A stretch of DNA of 64,000 bases from contig CAWGMQ010000010.1 in the NCBI GenBank assembly GCA_963823665.1, positions 1,728,001 to 1,792,000 on the forward strand, given 5' to 3'. Both the position numbers and the translations under genes were made by a program. Source of the DNA: an uncultured Planctomycetota bacterium. Its GTDB lineage: Bacteria > Planctomycetota > Planctomycetia > Isosphaerales > Isosphaeraceae. Shown here one piece after another: positions 20,790 through 35,584 of this stretch; position 1 is the first letter of the stretch; each line of letters begins with the position of its first letter. The notes below the pieces were generated by a model, which saw only the letters and a program-made list of their open reading frames with translations, made no database searches and was not told where the DNA came from.

Positions 20790-23700
20790 ATGACCGAATC
20801 GCCACCCGACAACGAGGCGATCTTCTACGCCGCCCGGCAGGTTCCCGACCCGGACCGTCGGCGCGAGTTCGTCCGGGAGGCGTGCGGCCCAGACGAGGCA
20901 CGAATCGCCCGCATCGAGGCGCTGCTGGCGGCCGCCGAAGGCCCCGACAGCCTGCTGGACCGTCCAGTCCCGGCAACTGCCGTGGCGGCCTTCGGCCAGC
21001 CTGCCACGGAGAGCCCCGGCACGGTGATCGGCCCGTACAAGCTCATCGAGCAGATCGGCGAGGGCGGCATGGGCAGCGTCTGGATGGCCCAGCAGACCAA
21101 GCCTGTCTACCGCCTCGTCGCCGTCAAGCTGATCAAGGCGGGAATGGACTCCCGGCAGGTCATCGCCCGCTTCGAAGCCGAGCGGCAGGCGCTGGCCCTC
21201 ATGGACCACCCCAACATCGCCCGTGTGCTCGAGGGCGGCACCACCGGCGCTGGCCGGCCATATTTCGTCATGGATCTCGTCAAGGGTGTCCCGATCACCC
21301 GCTATTGCGACGAGCACCACCTCACGCCGCGGCAGCGGCTCGAACTGTTCATCACGGTCTGCCAGGCTGTCCAGCACGCTCATCAGAAGGGCATCATCCA
21401 CCGCGACTTGAAACCTACCAACGTGCTGGTCGCCCTCTATGATGGCAAGCCCGTGCCTAAGATCATCGACTTCGGCGTCGCCAAGGCGGCCGGGCAACAG
21501 TTGACCGACAAGACGCTGGTCACCCACTTCGGGGCAATCGTCGGCACGCTGGAATACATGTCGCCCGAGCAGGCGGAGTTGAACCAGCTCGACATCGACA
21601 CGCGCAGCGACATCTACTCGCTGGGCGTGCTGCTGTACGAGCTTTTGGCCGGCAGCCCGCCGTTCAGTCGCAAGGAGCTGACTCAGTCCGGCATGCTGGA
21701 AATGCTCCGCGTGATCCGCGAGCAGGAGCCAACCAAACCCAGCACGAAACTGAGCACTTCGGACGGCTTGCCGACCTTGGCCGCCAACCGCGGGACAGAG
21801 CCGGCGAGGCTGACCAAGCTGCTGCGTGGCGAACTTGATTGGATCGTGATGAAAGCGCTCGAAAAGGACCGCAACCGCCGCTACGAGACCGCCAACGGAT
21901 TCGCGATGGACGTGGCGCGCTACCTGGCCGATGAGCCGGTGCGGGCCTGTCCGCCGTCGGCCGGGTACCGGCTCCGGAAGTACGCCCGGCGCAACCGGGG
22001 TGGGCTGGCGGTGGCCGCGCTCTCGCTGTTCTTCCTCGTGCTTCTCGGTAGCGGCGTCGGGTGGGTCGTGCGCGATCGGTCGGCGCGGGAGATGGAAGCG
22101 GCCCGGCAACAGGGGGAGCGGCAGGCGAAGGTGGCCGGGCAGGTCATTTCGATCTTTGGCGAGGTAAACCGGCTGGAGAACGAGCAGAAGTGGCCCGAGG
22201 CCCTGGAGGCGGCCCGGCGGGCCGAGGCGGCCGTGGCCGTCGGCGAGGCAGATCCGGCAACCGCCGAGCGGGTCCACCAGCAGTTGAGGGAACTTGAGTT
22301 CATCGACCGGCTGGAGCGAATCCGGATGGAGAGGGCAACGCACGTTGAAGGGGTGTTCGACATTGCCGAGGCGGATCGGGATTACGCCCGGGCCTTCCGC
22401 GAGTACGGCGTCGATGTCGACGAGCTGCCGGTCGAGACGTCGATCGACCGGCTCAAGGCCCGCCCGCCACTCGCCGTCGTCTTGGCGGTGGCACTGGACG
22501 ACTGGGCTCGCGCCCGGCGCCAGGTCCCGCAACAGGATGCCGGCGGCTGGAAGCGGCTCGCGGCCGTGGCACGCGGTATCGACCCGGAGCCCCTGCGGGA
22601 CCGGGTCCGGGCGGCCTGGGGCCAGCCCGTCGCCAACGTGCCCGACGACCTGCTCCGGCTGGCCGACTCGATCGACGTTCGGGCCCAACACACCGCGACG
22701 CTCGACTTGCTCACCCGCACCCTCCGGCAGGTTCAGCATACCGACTCCGCGCTTCGGATTCTGCGGGAGGCGCACTTTGTCCACCCGGGCGATTTCTGGC
22801 TCAATTTCGAGCTGGGCCATGCGCTCCAGCAACAAGGAGACTACGAGGGCGCGGTTCGGTTCTACACCGCGGCCGTAGCCAGCCAACCGAGTTCGGCTGG
22901 CGCCCACAATAACCTCGGCAACGCCCTGTCCGCCCAGAAGCAGCCGGACGAGGCCATCGCCTGCTACCGCAAGGCCATCGAGCTCGACCCGAAATTCGCC
23001 GGCGCTTACCGCAACCTTGGCCTCGCCCTGCGCGACCAGGGCAAGCTGGACGAGGCCATCGTCGCCTTCGAAGAAGTCACCCGGCGCCAGCCGGATTTCC
23101 CCGAGGCGCATTTCGGACTTGCTTCAGTCCTCGCTCAGGCGAAGCAATGGGATCGCTCGGCTGGTGTCTACGCAGCAGCACTGAAGCGGTTTGGCGCCGA
23201 TCAATGGCCTGGGCCATGGTTTGAAGCCATCCGCTCCGACGAAGTTTTCACGCGCTTGACGGCCCAGCAACCGGATGCTCGCCTCCCTTGGATCGTCCGG
23301 GCTCGCCTCCATGTCTTCGAGCGCGACTGGAAACGCGCCGCGGCGGACTATACCCGCGCGAGCGAATCGTGGGCAAGCATGGGCCCGGCCGAACTCGCGC
23401 CGGAGGGCGATGACCTGCTTAGCTATGGCTGCCTGTTGCTCTTCTTGGGCGACCGCCACGGCTACGAGCAGTTTTGCAAAAAGTGGGCGGATGCGGTGGG
23501 CGACTCCCCGGCTTGTCGGTACAGCTTGGCGCGCGTCCGGGCGATGAGCCCCCGGCCGGTTGTCCCCGCGCAGCAGATCGTCGAGCTGGCTGGGAAGATC
23601 CTCCAGGCTGGTAGGTATCCCTGGGATCTACACGTCCTGAGCCTCGCCCACTACCGCAATGGGGAATTCGAACTGGCGGCCGAGCGCGCCCTTGAGTCGA

Positions 23701-23963
23701 ACGGGGGGAACTGGCGCGGCAGCGCAAAAGCTCTCAATTGGGTCGTCCTGGCGATGGCCCATTCCCGCCTGGGTCATGCGGCAGACGCGCGCAAGTCCCT
23801 GCAGCAGGCCCTCAAACTGGCCGGCCGAGCGAGCCCCGAGCAACTCCCCGGAGTGGAATGGCAGGACATGGCAGCGCCCGACGTCGTCGAATTCGAGCTC
23901 CTTCGCCGCGAGGCCGAGGAGCTCATCAACCCCAGATCGAAGGAAAAACCGGATAAGAAATAA
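20790..23963 (+). CDS. Membrane Ser/Thr kinase with TPR C-terminus (STK1, 4 core TPRs)
   Basis: Intact 1057-aa ORF with kinase motifs, a TM helix and 34-aa TPRs. Confidence 0.93.
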   Translation: MTESPPDNEAIFYAARQVPDPDRRREFVREACGPDEARIARIEALLAAAEGPDSLLDRPVPATAVAAFGQPATESPGTVIGPYKLIEQIGEGGMGSVWMAQQTKPVYRLVAVKLIKAGMDSRQVIARFEAERQALALMDHPNIARVLEGGTTGAGRPYFVMDLVKGVPITRYCDEHHLTPRQRLELFITVCQAVQHAHQKGIIHRDLKPTNVLVALYDGKPVPKIIDFGVAKAAGQQLTDKTLVTHFGAIVGTLEYMSPEQAELNQLDIDTRSDIYSLGVLLYELLAGSPPFSRKELTQSGMLEMLRVIREQEPTKPSTKLSTSDGLPTLAANRGTEPARLTKLLRGELDWIVMKALEKDRNRRYETANGFAMDVARYLADEPVRACPPSAGYRLRKYARRNRGGLAVAALSLFFLVLLGSGVGWVVRDRSAREMEAARQQGERQAKVAGQVISIFGEVNRLENEQKWPEALEAARRAEAAVAVGEADPATAERVHQQLRELEFIDRLERIRMERATHVEGVFDIAEADRDYARAFREYGVDVDELPVETSIDRLKARPPLAVVLAVALDDWARARRQVPQQDAGGWKRLAAVARGIDPEPLRDRVRAAWGQPVANVPDDLLRLADSIDVRAQHTATLDLLTRTLRQVQHTDSALRILREAHFVHPGDFWLNFELGHALQQQGDYEGAVRFYTAAVASQPSSAGAHNNLGNALSAQKQPDEAIACYRKAIELDPKFAGAYRNLGLALRDQGKLDEAIVAFEEVTRRQPDFPEAHFGLASVLAQAKQWDRSAGVYAAALKRFGADQWPGPWFEAIRSDEVFTRLTAQQPDARLPWIVRARLHVFERDWKRAAADYTRASESWASMGPAELAPEGDDLLSYGCLLLFLGDRHGYEQFCKKWADAVGDSPACRYSLARVRAMSPRPVVPAQQIVELAGKILQAGRYPWDLHVLSLAHYRNGEFELAAERALESNGGNWRGSAKALNWVVLAMAHSRLGHAADARKSLQQALKLAGRASPEQLPGVEWQDMAAPDVVEFELLRREAEELINPRSKEKPDKK

Positions 23964-23990
23964 GGCTGACGATCCGCCCGTTGTTTCGGT

Positions 23991-24019
23991 TTACGGGTTC
24001 GGCCCCGGTTTCTCGCATT
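23991..24019 (+). promoter_or_regulatory. Putative ECF promoter, type A copy 2
   Basis: TTACGGG-N16-CGCATT. Confidence 0.65.
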
Positions 24020-24059
24020 GTATTCTGGACGGGCCCTGCGGCCCGCCGCGGAGGCTCCC

Positions 24060-26997
24060 ATGACGGCATCACCACCCGACAACGAAGCAATCTTCCACGC
24101 CGCCCGCGACATCCCCGACCCGGCCCGCCGTCGGGCGTACGTCCGGGAGGCGTGCGGCCCAGACGAACCCCGGATCGCCCACATCGAGGCGCTGCTTGTG
24201 GCCGCCGACGGCCCCGACAGCCTGCTGGACCGTCCGGCGGCGGCCGCCGTCTTGGCGGCCATCGGCCAGCCTGCCACGGAGAGCCCCGGCACGGTGATCG
24301 GCCCGTACAAACTTATCGAGCAGATCGGCGAAGGCGGCATGGGCAGCGTCTGGATGGCCCAGCAGGCCAAGCCTGTCTACCGCCTCGTCGCGGTCAAGCT
24401 AATCAAGGCCGGCATGGACTCCCGGCAGGTCATCGCCCGCTTCGAGGCCGAGCGACAGGCGCTGGCCCTGATGGACCACCCGAACATCGCCCGCGTGCTC
24501 GACGGTGGCACCGCGGGCGGTGGCCGGCCGTACTTCGTCATGGATCTCGTCAAGGGTGTGCCCATCACCCGCTACTGCGACGAGCACCACCTCACGCCGC
24601 GGCAGCGGCTGGAGCTGTTCGTCCCCGTGTGCCAGGCAGTGCAGCACGCGCACCAGAAGGGCATCATCCACCGCGACCTGAAGCCCTCGAACGTGCTGGT
24701 CGCCCTCTATGACGGCAAGCCCGTGCCCAAGATCATCGACTTCGGCGTGGCCAAGGCTGCCGGGCAACAGTTGACCGACAAGACCCTGGTCACCGGCTTC
24801 GGGGCGATCGTGGGCACGCTGGAATACATGTCGCCCGAGCAGGCTGAGTTGAACCAGCTCGACATCGACACGCGCAGCGACATCTACTCGCTGGGCGTGC
24901 TGCTTTACGAATTGCTGGCCGGCAGCCCGCCGTTTTCTCGCAAGGAGCTGACGCACGCCGGCGTGCTGGAGATGCTCCGCGTGATCCGCGAGCAGGAGCC
25001 ATCAAAACCGAGCACGAAACTGAGCACGGCGGACGGCTTGCCGACGTTGGCCGTCAACCGCGGGACGGAACCGGCCAAGCTGACGAAGCTGGTGCGTGGC
25101 GAGCTCGATTGGATCGTCTTGAAGGCCCTGGAAAAGGACCGCAACCGCCGCTACGAGACCGCCAACGGCTTCGCGATGGACGTGCAGCGCTACCTGGCGG
25201 ATGAAGCTGTACAAGCGTGTCCGCCGGGCGGCGGCATACCGGCTGCGGAAGTTTGTGCGGCGGCACAAGGGGCCGGTGCTCGCCGGGTTGTTGATCTTGC
25301 TGGCCTTACTCGCCGGCGTCGTCGGCACGACCTATGGCCTGATTCGGGCGAAACAGCAACGCAAGGTCGTCGAGAATCAACGCAACGAGCTCGCCGAGCG
25401 CAACCAGGCGCTGCAAGCAGCCCGTGAACATGAACGCCTCCTGAGCGAACGTGCCCGCCAGGCCATCGAAACGGTCACGTCCGAAGCGTCCATCGACCTG
25501 CTCATGCGCGAGAAGGAGCTCCGCCCGGAGCAAAAAGACTTCCTGGACAAAATGATCCAGTATTACGCCGAGGTCAGCCAGGACGGGGGCACCACCGAAC
25601 AGGAACGAACCCGGCAGGCGCGAGCCTACTATCGGATGGGGCGCATGAACGACATTCTGGGCCGGTCCCGTGATAGTCAGAACGCTTATCGCCGGGCCGT
25701 GTCGCTTCTACAGCAACTCGCCGACGAGTTCCCCACCAGGACCGAGTACCGGCAGGAACTTGCCCTCGCCCACAGTGCGCTTGGAAACCTGCTCAACCAC
25801 GGCTTCGGGCGGCTGAAGGAGGCGGAGTCGGCCTACCGCGACGCCTTGGCCATCCAGAAGAAGCTCGCGGCCGAGGTCCCCGGCCGGCCCGAGTTCGGGC
25901 AGACCCTGGCCGGGATTTACAACAACCTGGGCAACGTGCTCGTCCTCGACACCGCGCGGTTGAAGGAAGCGGAGTCGGCCCACGCCGAGGCCCTGGCGAT
26001 TCGTCAGCAGCTTATCGTCGCTTTCCCCGGCCGGCCCATACTCCACCGCGCCCTGGCGATGAGCCACAACAATCTTGGCTGGTTATTCCAGATTACCAGG
26101 CGGCCGGAGAAAGCCGAGCCGGCCTTGCGCGATGCGATCGCCGCCCAGAAGCAGGCTGTCGCCAGCTTCCCCGACCGGCCCGAGTTTCGTCTGGAACTGG
26201 CGAGCTACCTCTTCAACCTCGGCAACCTGATCCGCGACAAGGGGCTGCTCAAGGAAGCGGAGGCGATCTATGGCGAGGCGCTGCCGATTGAGAAGCACCT
26301 CGTTGCCATGTTCCCAGGTCGGCCCCAGTTCCACGAGGAGCTGGCCGCGGGCCACAACAACGTGGGCCTTCTGCTCCGGGACAAGGGCCTGCTTGAGGAT
26401 GCAGAGGCTGCGCAGACCGAGGCCCTGGCTATTCAGAAGCGGCTCGCCTCCGAGTTCCCCGAGGTCACCAAATATCGCAACGCGGTCGCCGGCACACTCT
26501 TCAACCTGGCGAACCTGGCCGGCAAGCGTCGCGACTTCGCCGCCGCCCGCCGATTCCTCGACGAGGCGCTCCCCCACCACCAGGCTGCGCTAAAGGGCGA
26601 TTCGCAACGTTCGGACTACCGGCAGTTTTATCGAAACAGCCTGCTTGAGCTGACCCGGACTCATGCCGGCCAGGGGGACCGTCCCGGGGCGCTCGCCGTC
26701 GCAATGAAGGGGCATGATTTCGGTTGGGACCCAGCCGCCGATGCCTACGGGGCCGCTTGCATGTTGGCCCAGTGCATGCCAATTGTCGACAAAGACGACA
26801 AACTCGCTGCGGCAACACGACAAGCCGAAATCGCGTTCTACGCCGACCAGGCGATGGCCATGCTCCGCGATGCCCTCGCCAAGGGCTACAAGGATGCCGA
26901 CCACATGCAGACGGACAAAGACCTCGACCCGCTACGGCCACGCGAGGACTTCAAGACGGTAGTCGCGGAGCTGGAGGCGAAGGTGAAGAAGAACTGA
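24060..26997 (+). CDS. Membrane Ser/Thr kinase with ~48-aa TPR-like repeats (STK2), frameshift near 25230
   Basis: ORFs 24018..25427 and 25201..26997. FPxRPExRxxLA repeats and a DxDLDPLRxRxDF cap. Confidence 0.9.
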
Positions 26998-27002
26998 CAT
27001 CC

Positions 27003-27071
27003 AAGGACTGGGCGTACGCCCGGAGCTGGCTCCGGATGGCGATCGACCGCATGTCCGGCCACCGGCCCTGA
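27003..27071 (+). pseudogene. Orphan copy of the ECF-A 3' tail
   Basis: Encodes KDWAYARSWLRMAIDRMSGHRP*, matching 20630-20701. Confidence 0.9.
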
Positions 27072-27093
27072 CCGACCGGGAAGAAAAAATACG

Positions 27094-27121
27094 TTACGGG
27101 TACGGCCCCGATTCTCGCATT
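27094..27121 (+). promoter_or_regulatory. Putative ECF promoter, type A copy 3
   Basis: TTACGGG-N15-CGCATT. One base short, possibly a homopolymer error. Confidence 0.6.
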
Positions 27122-27162
27122 GTATTCTGGACGGGCCTAACCGGCCCGCTGCGGAGTCTCCC

Positions 27163-31189
<4,027 letters not shown>

Positions 31190-31216
31190 GACTGACCATT
31201 CGCCCGCTGAATCGGT

Positions 31217-31245
31217 TTACCGGTTCGGCCCCGGTTTCTCGCATC
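31217..31245 (+). promoter_or_regulatory. Putative ECF promoter, type A copy 4
   Basis: TTACCGG-N16-CGCATC. Confidence 0.6.
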
Positions 31246-31285
31246 AAGTACTGGACGGGCCAGGCCTCCCGCTGCGGAGTTTCGC

Positions 31286-34200
31286 ATGACGGCATCACCA
31301 CCCGACAACGAGGCGATTTTCCACGCCGCGCGCGCCATCCCCGACTCGGACCGCCGAAGGGCGTACGTGCGGGAGGCGTGCGGCGGAGACGAGACCCGGA
31401 TCGCCCACATCGAGGCGCTGCTTGTGGCCGTCGAAGGCCCCGACAGCCTGCTCGACCGTGCGGCGGCGGGTAATCCCATGGTGACCATCGACCGGCCTGC
31501 CACGGAGAGCCCCGGCACCGTGATCGGTCCGTACAAGCTCATTGAGCAAATCGGCGAGGGGGGCATGGGCAGCGTCTGGATGGCCCAGCAGACTGTGCCG
31601 GTCAAGCGATTGGTCGCCGTCAAGTTGATCAAGGCGGGCATGGACTCACGGCAGGTCATCGCCCGCTTCGAGGCCGAGCGGCAGGCGCTGGCGCTTATGG
31701 ACCACCCGAACATCGCCCGCGTGCTGGATGCCGGCACCACAGGCGGTGGCCGGCCGTACTTCGTGATGGATCTCGTCAAGGGGGTGTCGATCACGCGCTA
31801 CTGCGACGAGCACCACCTCACGCCGAGGCAGCGGCTGGAACTCTTTATCCCCGCCTGCCAGGCTGTTCAGCACGCGCATCAGAAGGGCATCATCCACCGT
31901 GACTTGAAACCTTCGAACGTGCTGGTCGCCCTCTATGATGGCAAGCCGGTGCCCAAGATCATCGACTTCGGCGTGGCCAAGGCTGCCGGGCAACAGTTGA
32001 CGGATAAGACGCTGGTCACCGGCTTCGGGGCGATCGTGGGCACGCTGGAATACATGTCGCCCGAGCAGGCGGAGGTCAACCAGCTCGACATCGACACACG
32101 CAGCGACATCTACTCGCTGGGCGTGTTGCTCTACGAGTTGCTGACGGGCAGCCCGCCGTTTTCACGCAATGAGCTGACCCAGGCCGGCATGCTGGAAATG
32201 CTCCGCTTGATCCGCGAGCAGGAGCCGTCAAAACCGAGCACGATGCTGAGCACGGCGGAGGGCTTGCCGACGTTGGCCGCCAATCGCGGGACGGAGCCGG
32301 CGAGGCTGACGAAGCTTGTGCGTGGCGAGCTTGATTGGATCGTGATGAAGGCCCTGGATAAAGACCGCATCCGCCGCTACGAGACCGCCAGCGGCTTCGC
32401 GATGGACGTGCGGCGCTACCTGGCCGACGAGCCAGTGCAGGCGTGTCCGCCTGGAGCGGGGTATCGGCTGCGCAAGTTCGCCAGGCGAAACAAGGGTGTG
32501 CTGGCGGTGGCAGCGCTGGTGCTGTTCTTCCTCGTGCTTTTCGGCAGCGGCGTCGGCTGGGTGGTGCGGGATCGGTCGGCGCGGGAGGGGGAGTTGCGTG
32601 CGGCGGTGACGGCGGCGCTCGACAAGGTGACGGACTTGCGAGAGCGCGGCGCTCGGGCGAGGCGCGTGCGGTGCTCGAGCAGGTGCGGCAGAGGCTCACG
32701 TCCTCGGGCGCGGAGGATTTGCCGCGTCAGGTGAAGCAAGCGGAGGCCGATGTGGCGCTCGTGGACAGGCTGGAGGCGGCGCGGCTGCAAGCGTCGGCGG
32801 TGGCCGGCAACATTCTCGACCATGCCTCGGCGGTAAGGGAGTACGCGGCGGCGTTTCGAGAAGCGGGTATCGGAGAGGAGACGGAGGCGGCGGAAGTCGT
32901 CGCGGATCGGATTCGATCAAGGGCGGTGCGGGAGCAGTTGGTGGCGGCCGTGGACGATTGGGCCGTGCGCGTGGGCAAGGAAGAACCGCCGCGTGCGACC
33001 TGGATGTTGGCGGTGGCGCGGGCGGTGGACCCCAATCCGTGGCGCAATCGTTTTCGGGATGCGGCGGTGTGGAACGACCGCACGGCGCTTGAGCGTCTGG
33101 CCCGCGAGGCGAAGGTGAGCGAACTGTCCCCGCAAATCATGAATGCATTGGGGATGCTATTGGTGAAGCTAAACGCGGATGCGATACCGTTGTTGACCGC
33201 GGCGCAGCGGCGTTATCCGAGCGATTTCTGGTTGAATTTTAGTTTGGGTGGGGCATTATATAATGCCCAGCGATGGGAGGAGGCGATCAGTTGCTACCGA
33301 GCGGCGTTGGTGTTGCGTCCGGCAGCCAGCGCCGCGTACCACAGCCTCGGCAACGCCCTGCGGATGAACGGCCGTGTGGATGAGGCCATCGCCGAGTACC
33401 AGAAGGCGATCGAACTCGACCCCAAGTATGGCCTTGCCCACGTCAACCTCGGCCACGCCCTGCGGGAGAAGCGCCGTGGGGATGACGGCATCGCCGAGTA
33501 CCGGAAGGCCATCGAACTCGACCCCAAGTTTGCCGCTGCCCACGTCAACCTCGGCCACGCCCTGCGGGATATGGGCCGTGGGGATGACGCCATCGCCGAG
33601 TACCGGAAGGGCATCGAACTCGATCCCAAGAATGGCCGTGCCTACGACAACCTCGGCCACGCCCTGCGGGATATGGGCCGTGTGGACGAGGCCATCGCCG
33701 AGTACCGGAAGTTCATCGAACTCGACCCCAAGTTTGCCGCTGCCCACTACTTCCTCGGCCTCGCCATGAAAGCCAAGGGAGACCTGGACGGGGCTGAGCG
33801 TGCCTTCCGTGAGGCAGTTCGTCTGGACGGCGAAAAGCACGGGGACGCCATCGATGCGCTGGCGGAACTGCTGCTGTCCCGCGGCAATTTGAAGGAAGCC
33901 ATCGCCACGTATCAAAAGATCATGATCCTCGATCCCGAGAGCGCGTCGGCGCACTACCACCTCGGAATCGCCCTGAAAGCCAAGGGAGACCTGGACGAGG
34001 CCATCGCCGCCTTCGAAGACGTCATCCGGCGCCAGCCGGATTTCACCGCGGCGCATTTCGGACTGGCTTCCGCCCTCGCCGAGGCCAAGCAATGGGATCG
34101 CTCGGCGAGTGTCTACGCAGCGGCACTGAAGCAGTTTGGCCCCGAGCGATCGCCCGGGCCGTGGTTTGAAGCCATCCGCTCGGACGAGGTTTTCACGCGC

Positions 34201-34567
34201 TTGACGGCCGAGCAACCGGATGACCGCCTCCCTCGGATCATGCGGGCTCGCCTCCATGTCTTGGAGCGCGACTGGAAATGCGCCGTGGCGGAGTATGCCC
34301 GCGTCTATGAATCGTTGGCAAGTATCGACCCGGCTAAGCTCCGCGTCGAGGGGGGCGATGGCCCATTCCCGACTGGGTCATGTGGAGGACGCGCGCAAGT
34401 CCCTGCAGCGCGCTCTCGAACTGGCCGGCCGAGCGAGCCCCGAGCAACCACCGGGACTGGCATGGCCCGACATGGCGCCGCCTGATTTCGTGGAATTCGA
34501 GCTCCTTCGCCACGAGGCCGAGGAACTCATCGACCCCAAATCGGAGGAGAAACGGGACAAGAAATAA
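31286..34567 (+). pseudogene. Membrane Ser/Thr kinase with 9 core TPRs (STK4); frameshift near 32650 and an out-of-frame 344-bp deletion at 34354
   Basis: ORFs 31286..32734, 32443..34485 and 34220..34567, compared with STK1 and STK3. Confidence 0.8.
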
Positions 34568-34569
34568 AC

Positions 34570-34730
34570 GGACTGGGCGTACGCCCGAAGCTGGCTCCGG
34601 CTGGCTATCGACCGTACATCCGGCCACCGGCCCTGACCGACCGGGAAGAAGAAAAACGTTACGGGTCCGCCCCCGGTTTCTCGCATTGTATTCTGGACGG
34701 GCCCCACGGCCCGCCGCGGAGGCTCCCATT
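34570..34730 (+). promoter_or_regulatory. ECF-A tail copy, type A promoter copy 5 and leader with a dead start codon
   Basis: ggactgggcgtacgcccg..., then TTACGGG-N16-CGCATT (34659-34687). The leader ends ggctcccATT where other copies read ggctcccATG. Confidence 0.75.
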
Positions 34731-34933
34731 ACCGTATCGGTCACTGTTGGCATCGTTATCGGCCGGGTATTCTGAGTCAGTTGCTCTTCACCAGGCCGGC
34801 TGCCTTTTTTCCTGTCCTCGCGCTGGCCTGCAGTGCGGAATATACCTTTAGAGGCTCTAACTTTTGGACGGGGAACCCCCGGTATCTTCAGGCCAAGCGC
34901 CTCATTCTGTTCAGTACCTCTCAGGGGACCATC

Positions 34934-35566
34934 ATGACCGCACCCGCGACCGACGAGGCCGACCTCTTGCGGCGGGCGAAGGCGGGCGATCAGCAGGCTG
35001 TGGCCACGCTGTTCGCCCGCTACCGCGACCGCCTGCGCAAGATGGTCCGGCTTCGCCTCGATCGCCGCCTGTACGGTCGCATCGACACGTCGGACGTCCT
35101 CCAGGACGCTTACCTGGAGGTGGCCCGACGCTTCCCCGAGTACGCGGCCTCCCCGACCGTGCCGTTCTACATCTGGCTGCGGTCCCTGACGGGGCAGCGG
35201 CTCGTCGATGTGCATCGCCGCAACCTGGGCGCGGAGATGCGCGATGCCGGGCGGGAGGTGTCGCTGTACCGCGGCCCACTGCCGGCGGCCTCGTCCGCGT
35301 CGCTGGCGCAGCACCTGCTGGCCGGCCTGACGTCGCCCACACAGGCCGCCATCCGGGCGGAGATGCAGCTTCGGCTGCACGAGGTGCTCAACAGCATGGA
35401 CCCGATCGACCGCGAGGTGGTCGTGCTGCGTCACTTCGAAGAACTGAGCAACATCGAGGCGGCCGAGGTCCTCGGGATCGAGACCTCGGCGGCCAGCAAG
35501 CGCTACATCCGGGCGATTCGACGGCTCAAGGCGATTCTCGACGCCGTGCCCGGGTTTTTCGGCTGA
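34934..35566 (+). CDS. ECF sigma factor, planctomycete TIGR02984/ECF59-like type (ECF-C)
   Basis: RLRKMVRLRLDRRLYGRIDTSDVLQD...DREVVVLRHFEELSN...ASKRYIRA. Confidence 0.92.
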   Translation: MTAPATDEADLLRRAKAGDQQAVATLFARYRDRLRKMVRLRLDRRLYGRIDTSDVLQDAYLEVARRFPEYAASPTVPFYIWLRSLTGQRLVDVHRRNLGAEMRDAGREVSLYRGPLPAASSASLAQHLLAGLTSPTQAAIRAEMQLRLHEVLNSMDPIDREVVVLRHFEELSNIEAAEVLGIETSAASKRYIRAIRRLKAILDAVPGFFG

Positions 35567-35584
35567 ACGTCCCGGAGGAATGCA

